Shown: positions 61,880 to 64,000 of the stretch, piece after piece
Numbering within the stretch: the first letter of the stretch is position 1
How the letters are laid out: each line of letters opens with the position of its first letter
NCBI RefSeq assembly: GCF_031769215.1
Contig: NW_026782397.1
Span: 558,001 to 622,000 of the forward strand
Length of the DNA: 64,000 nucleotides
Source: Ylistrum balloti
Lineage: Eukaryota
Reading direction: 5' to 3'
The notes under the pieces: model-generated
Seen by the model: only the letters and a program-made list of their open reading frames with translations
The model's database searches: none
What the model was told of the DNA's origin: nothing
Translations under genes and position numbers: made by a program

Positions 61880-63780
61880 ATCTGACAGGCTAGGTCTGCT
61901 TCATAATTATTTTTACATTTCAGTGTTTACTTATTGATAGTGCTTTTATATTTCGTGATTATGTGATCTTGTCATTGTTGTACTATACAAGTACATACTA
62001 TCTTCTCTTGCTAGCTCATAATGACATTGTAAAAATATTTGATCATCCAATGCTAATTGGTGAGAAATTTTCTGTAAATTGTGATTTATTTCTCACATAT
62101 TTGCTTGATCATGTTTTCAATAGTCTGATAAACATTTTGGAATGATCATTCATAGCTGTTTTTGCTGATCTTTCCTTTTATATTATAATCAGTTCAAGTT
62201 ATAACAAAAAGTATGAATTTTGTCTAATATGTGTGGGCTTTCCTACAAATCTGATAACGAAAAAGGATTTCTTGAATTTGAGGAAATTTTAAGTATGACT
62301 GTCTGCTAACATTTTGTATATTCATGAATTCAATGTGCCTATAGATGATCTATCACATCTGATTGGTTCATAAAACATTCAACCATTTACTATAAACTAT
62401 TTTTGTTGTTTTCAAAGATTGAACAAAATTATGGAAAATAGAAAATGAAAATAAATTTGATAGAGGAAATTGAAGTCCATTTCATGAAAAATCCTTTTAG
62501 TTTTGTGGTTTTGAAAAAAAAACATGAAAAAAGAAAGATATGTTAAGTAGATCTTGATCATTTGACCGTATTCTAATACTCAAACATGGGTGAATATGTT
62601 TTAAAACCAACTCTTTTTTTGACAGGTAGACAGGAGCTTCTTGTTCTATACATTGATAACAGTATCATACTAAAATGAATATGTGATTGATAATGGTGCA
62701 TTGGTCTTTGTGTAAGGATGAGTTCAAAACTTGATACTGAACTATTTTGCATAACAGGGTGGAAGGACCATTTCATAATGATTGAAGGAGATAATCTTTC
62801 TTAATTTTGCTAGATGGATTAACAACCTGTGTCCCTCATAGCTATTTCTGCTGAAATTTCCATAATTTGGATTTGGAACTAACTTCAAGCAGCAGGAGAC
62901 AAAACATTGTTACATGTATTTAGTCTTTTATGAGTGCATGCAAATTTTGAATTAAAGGCAAGAGACTGTTTTCTTATTTCTGCACTGATGGTAAATACTT
63001 TGGATAAAGTTTTGTTTGATATTCAATGTATGTTGACTGGTAATATAATTTTGTACATAGATTTGTAAGTATAGTTGGACCAGAAAAAGCATTACCCTTT
63101 TCAGTAAAATATTGATTACAGAGTATTCCCACAGGGAACTTTTGACCTGTTGGCATTACTAAAAACTAATTTAAACGCCCAATTGGAAAATTCCAGGTAA
63201 GATTAATCACGATAGGTTATTCTGGTTTGACTACTAGCTTAATAGATGAGCACAATTTAAGATATTTTTTCTATTGTTACATTTCTTTCCCTGAAATCCT
63301 TTGTTTTTCTGATTCTTTCTGCCTTTTATCTTCTATTGTGTTCATCAAATATTGAGATATTTGAATCGCTGTAGTGCAAGGCATGCAATGTTTTTTTGTA
63401 CCTGCTGTTTCTATTGAACTTTAAAACCAAATGTGCAAAGACTTGGGTCTATAGATTGACTTCAATGGATTACTATAGAAGCATGCTTCGTCTGATAACC
63501 TGATTGTTGTCAGTATAACCAAAGAATTTAATAGTTGCATAATTGGTTTGTTTTAAAGTTCCTTTACATAAATGCAATGATTAATTAATAATTGATCATA
63601 TCTTGGATGTAGAGTTAATTTACTGCAGGTTTTGCCTGCTTGACAGATGGCTGTGTGATACTTATGAAAATAAACAATTATCAATGATGGAAAAAGTCTT
63701 GAATCTTACCTTGATAATTAACCTGGCCAAAAATACTAAGTATATTTATTATGGCCTAGTGCAGCTGACATTGCCTAATT

Positions 63781-63995
63781 TTTAGCTCACCTGGTCAGAA
63801 AGTCTGGTAATCTTATCCTGTGGTGTCTGCCGTCTGTCAAATGATTCTGAAAATCAATACTAGTCATGAAACAGCGTATTTTTACCTAATTTTCATTAGA
63901 AGCACTCTGCTGAAAGGGAACATATTTTGTATAGATGGTGTGTCCCAGCCTCCATGACCTGAAAGGCAGGACCCATTTTTTTTTTTTTTTTTTTA
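63781..63995. mobile_element. Fragment of a Helentron-associated non-autonomous repeat
   Basis: It begins TTTAGCTCACCTG followed by a GTCTGCCGTCTGTC microsatellite-like tract, the same terminal style as the other such elements here. Confidence 0.4.
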
Positions 63996-64000
63996 TTTCT

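Overview
AT-rich animal genomic DNA, not prokaryotic. The repeat families point to a bivalve mollusc (inference). The six-frame ORF track is mostly spurious or partial exons. I rebuilt seven protein-coding genes from splice sites and reading frame: the first coding exon of the BK/Slo1 channel (-), MRM2 (-), a 10-exon gene fusing a flavin-reductase domain to an uncharacterised His-motif domain behind a mitochondrial-type leader (+), RPS9 (-), a type-I membrane-anchored laccase-like multicopper oxidase (-), stearoyl-CoA desaturase (+) and MAD2L1 (+). Between and inside these genes lie a 5'-truncated L1/Tx1 LINE with a 10-bp TSD, CR1 and Penelope-like fragments, a deleted pogo element, pearl/Helentron-like elements, MITEs, several minisatellites and a 299-N gap. 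The most notable observations are: (1) the flavin reductase fusion; (2) two copies of a ~150-bp LTR carrying an internal tRNA-like Pol III promoter, one a solo LTR with a 4-bp TSD and one followed by a tRNA-Lys-type PBS and interrupted by a MITE; (3) a hammerhead ribozyme catalytic core in an SCD intron; (4) the membrane anchor of the laccase, which the ORF track misses; (5) an SRE/NF-Y promoter and an intronic cluster of six FoxO-type sites at SCD. All calls are by eye; no database searches were run.
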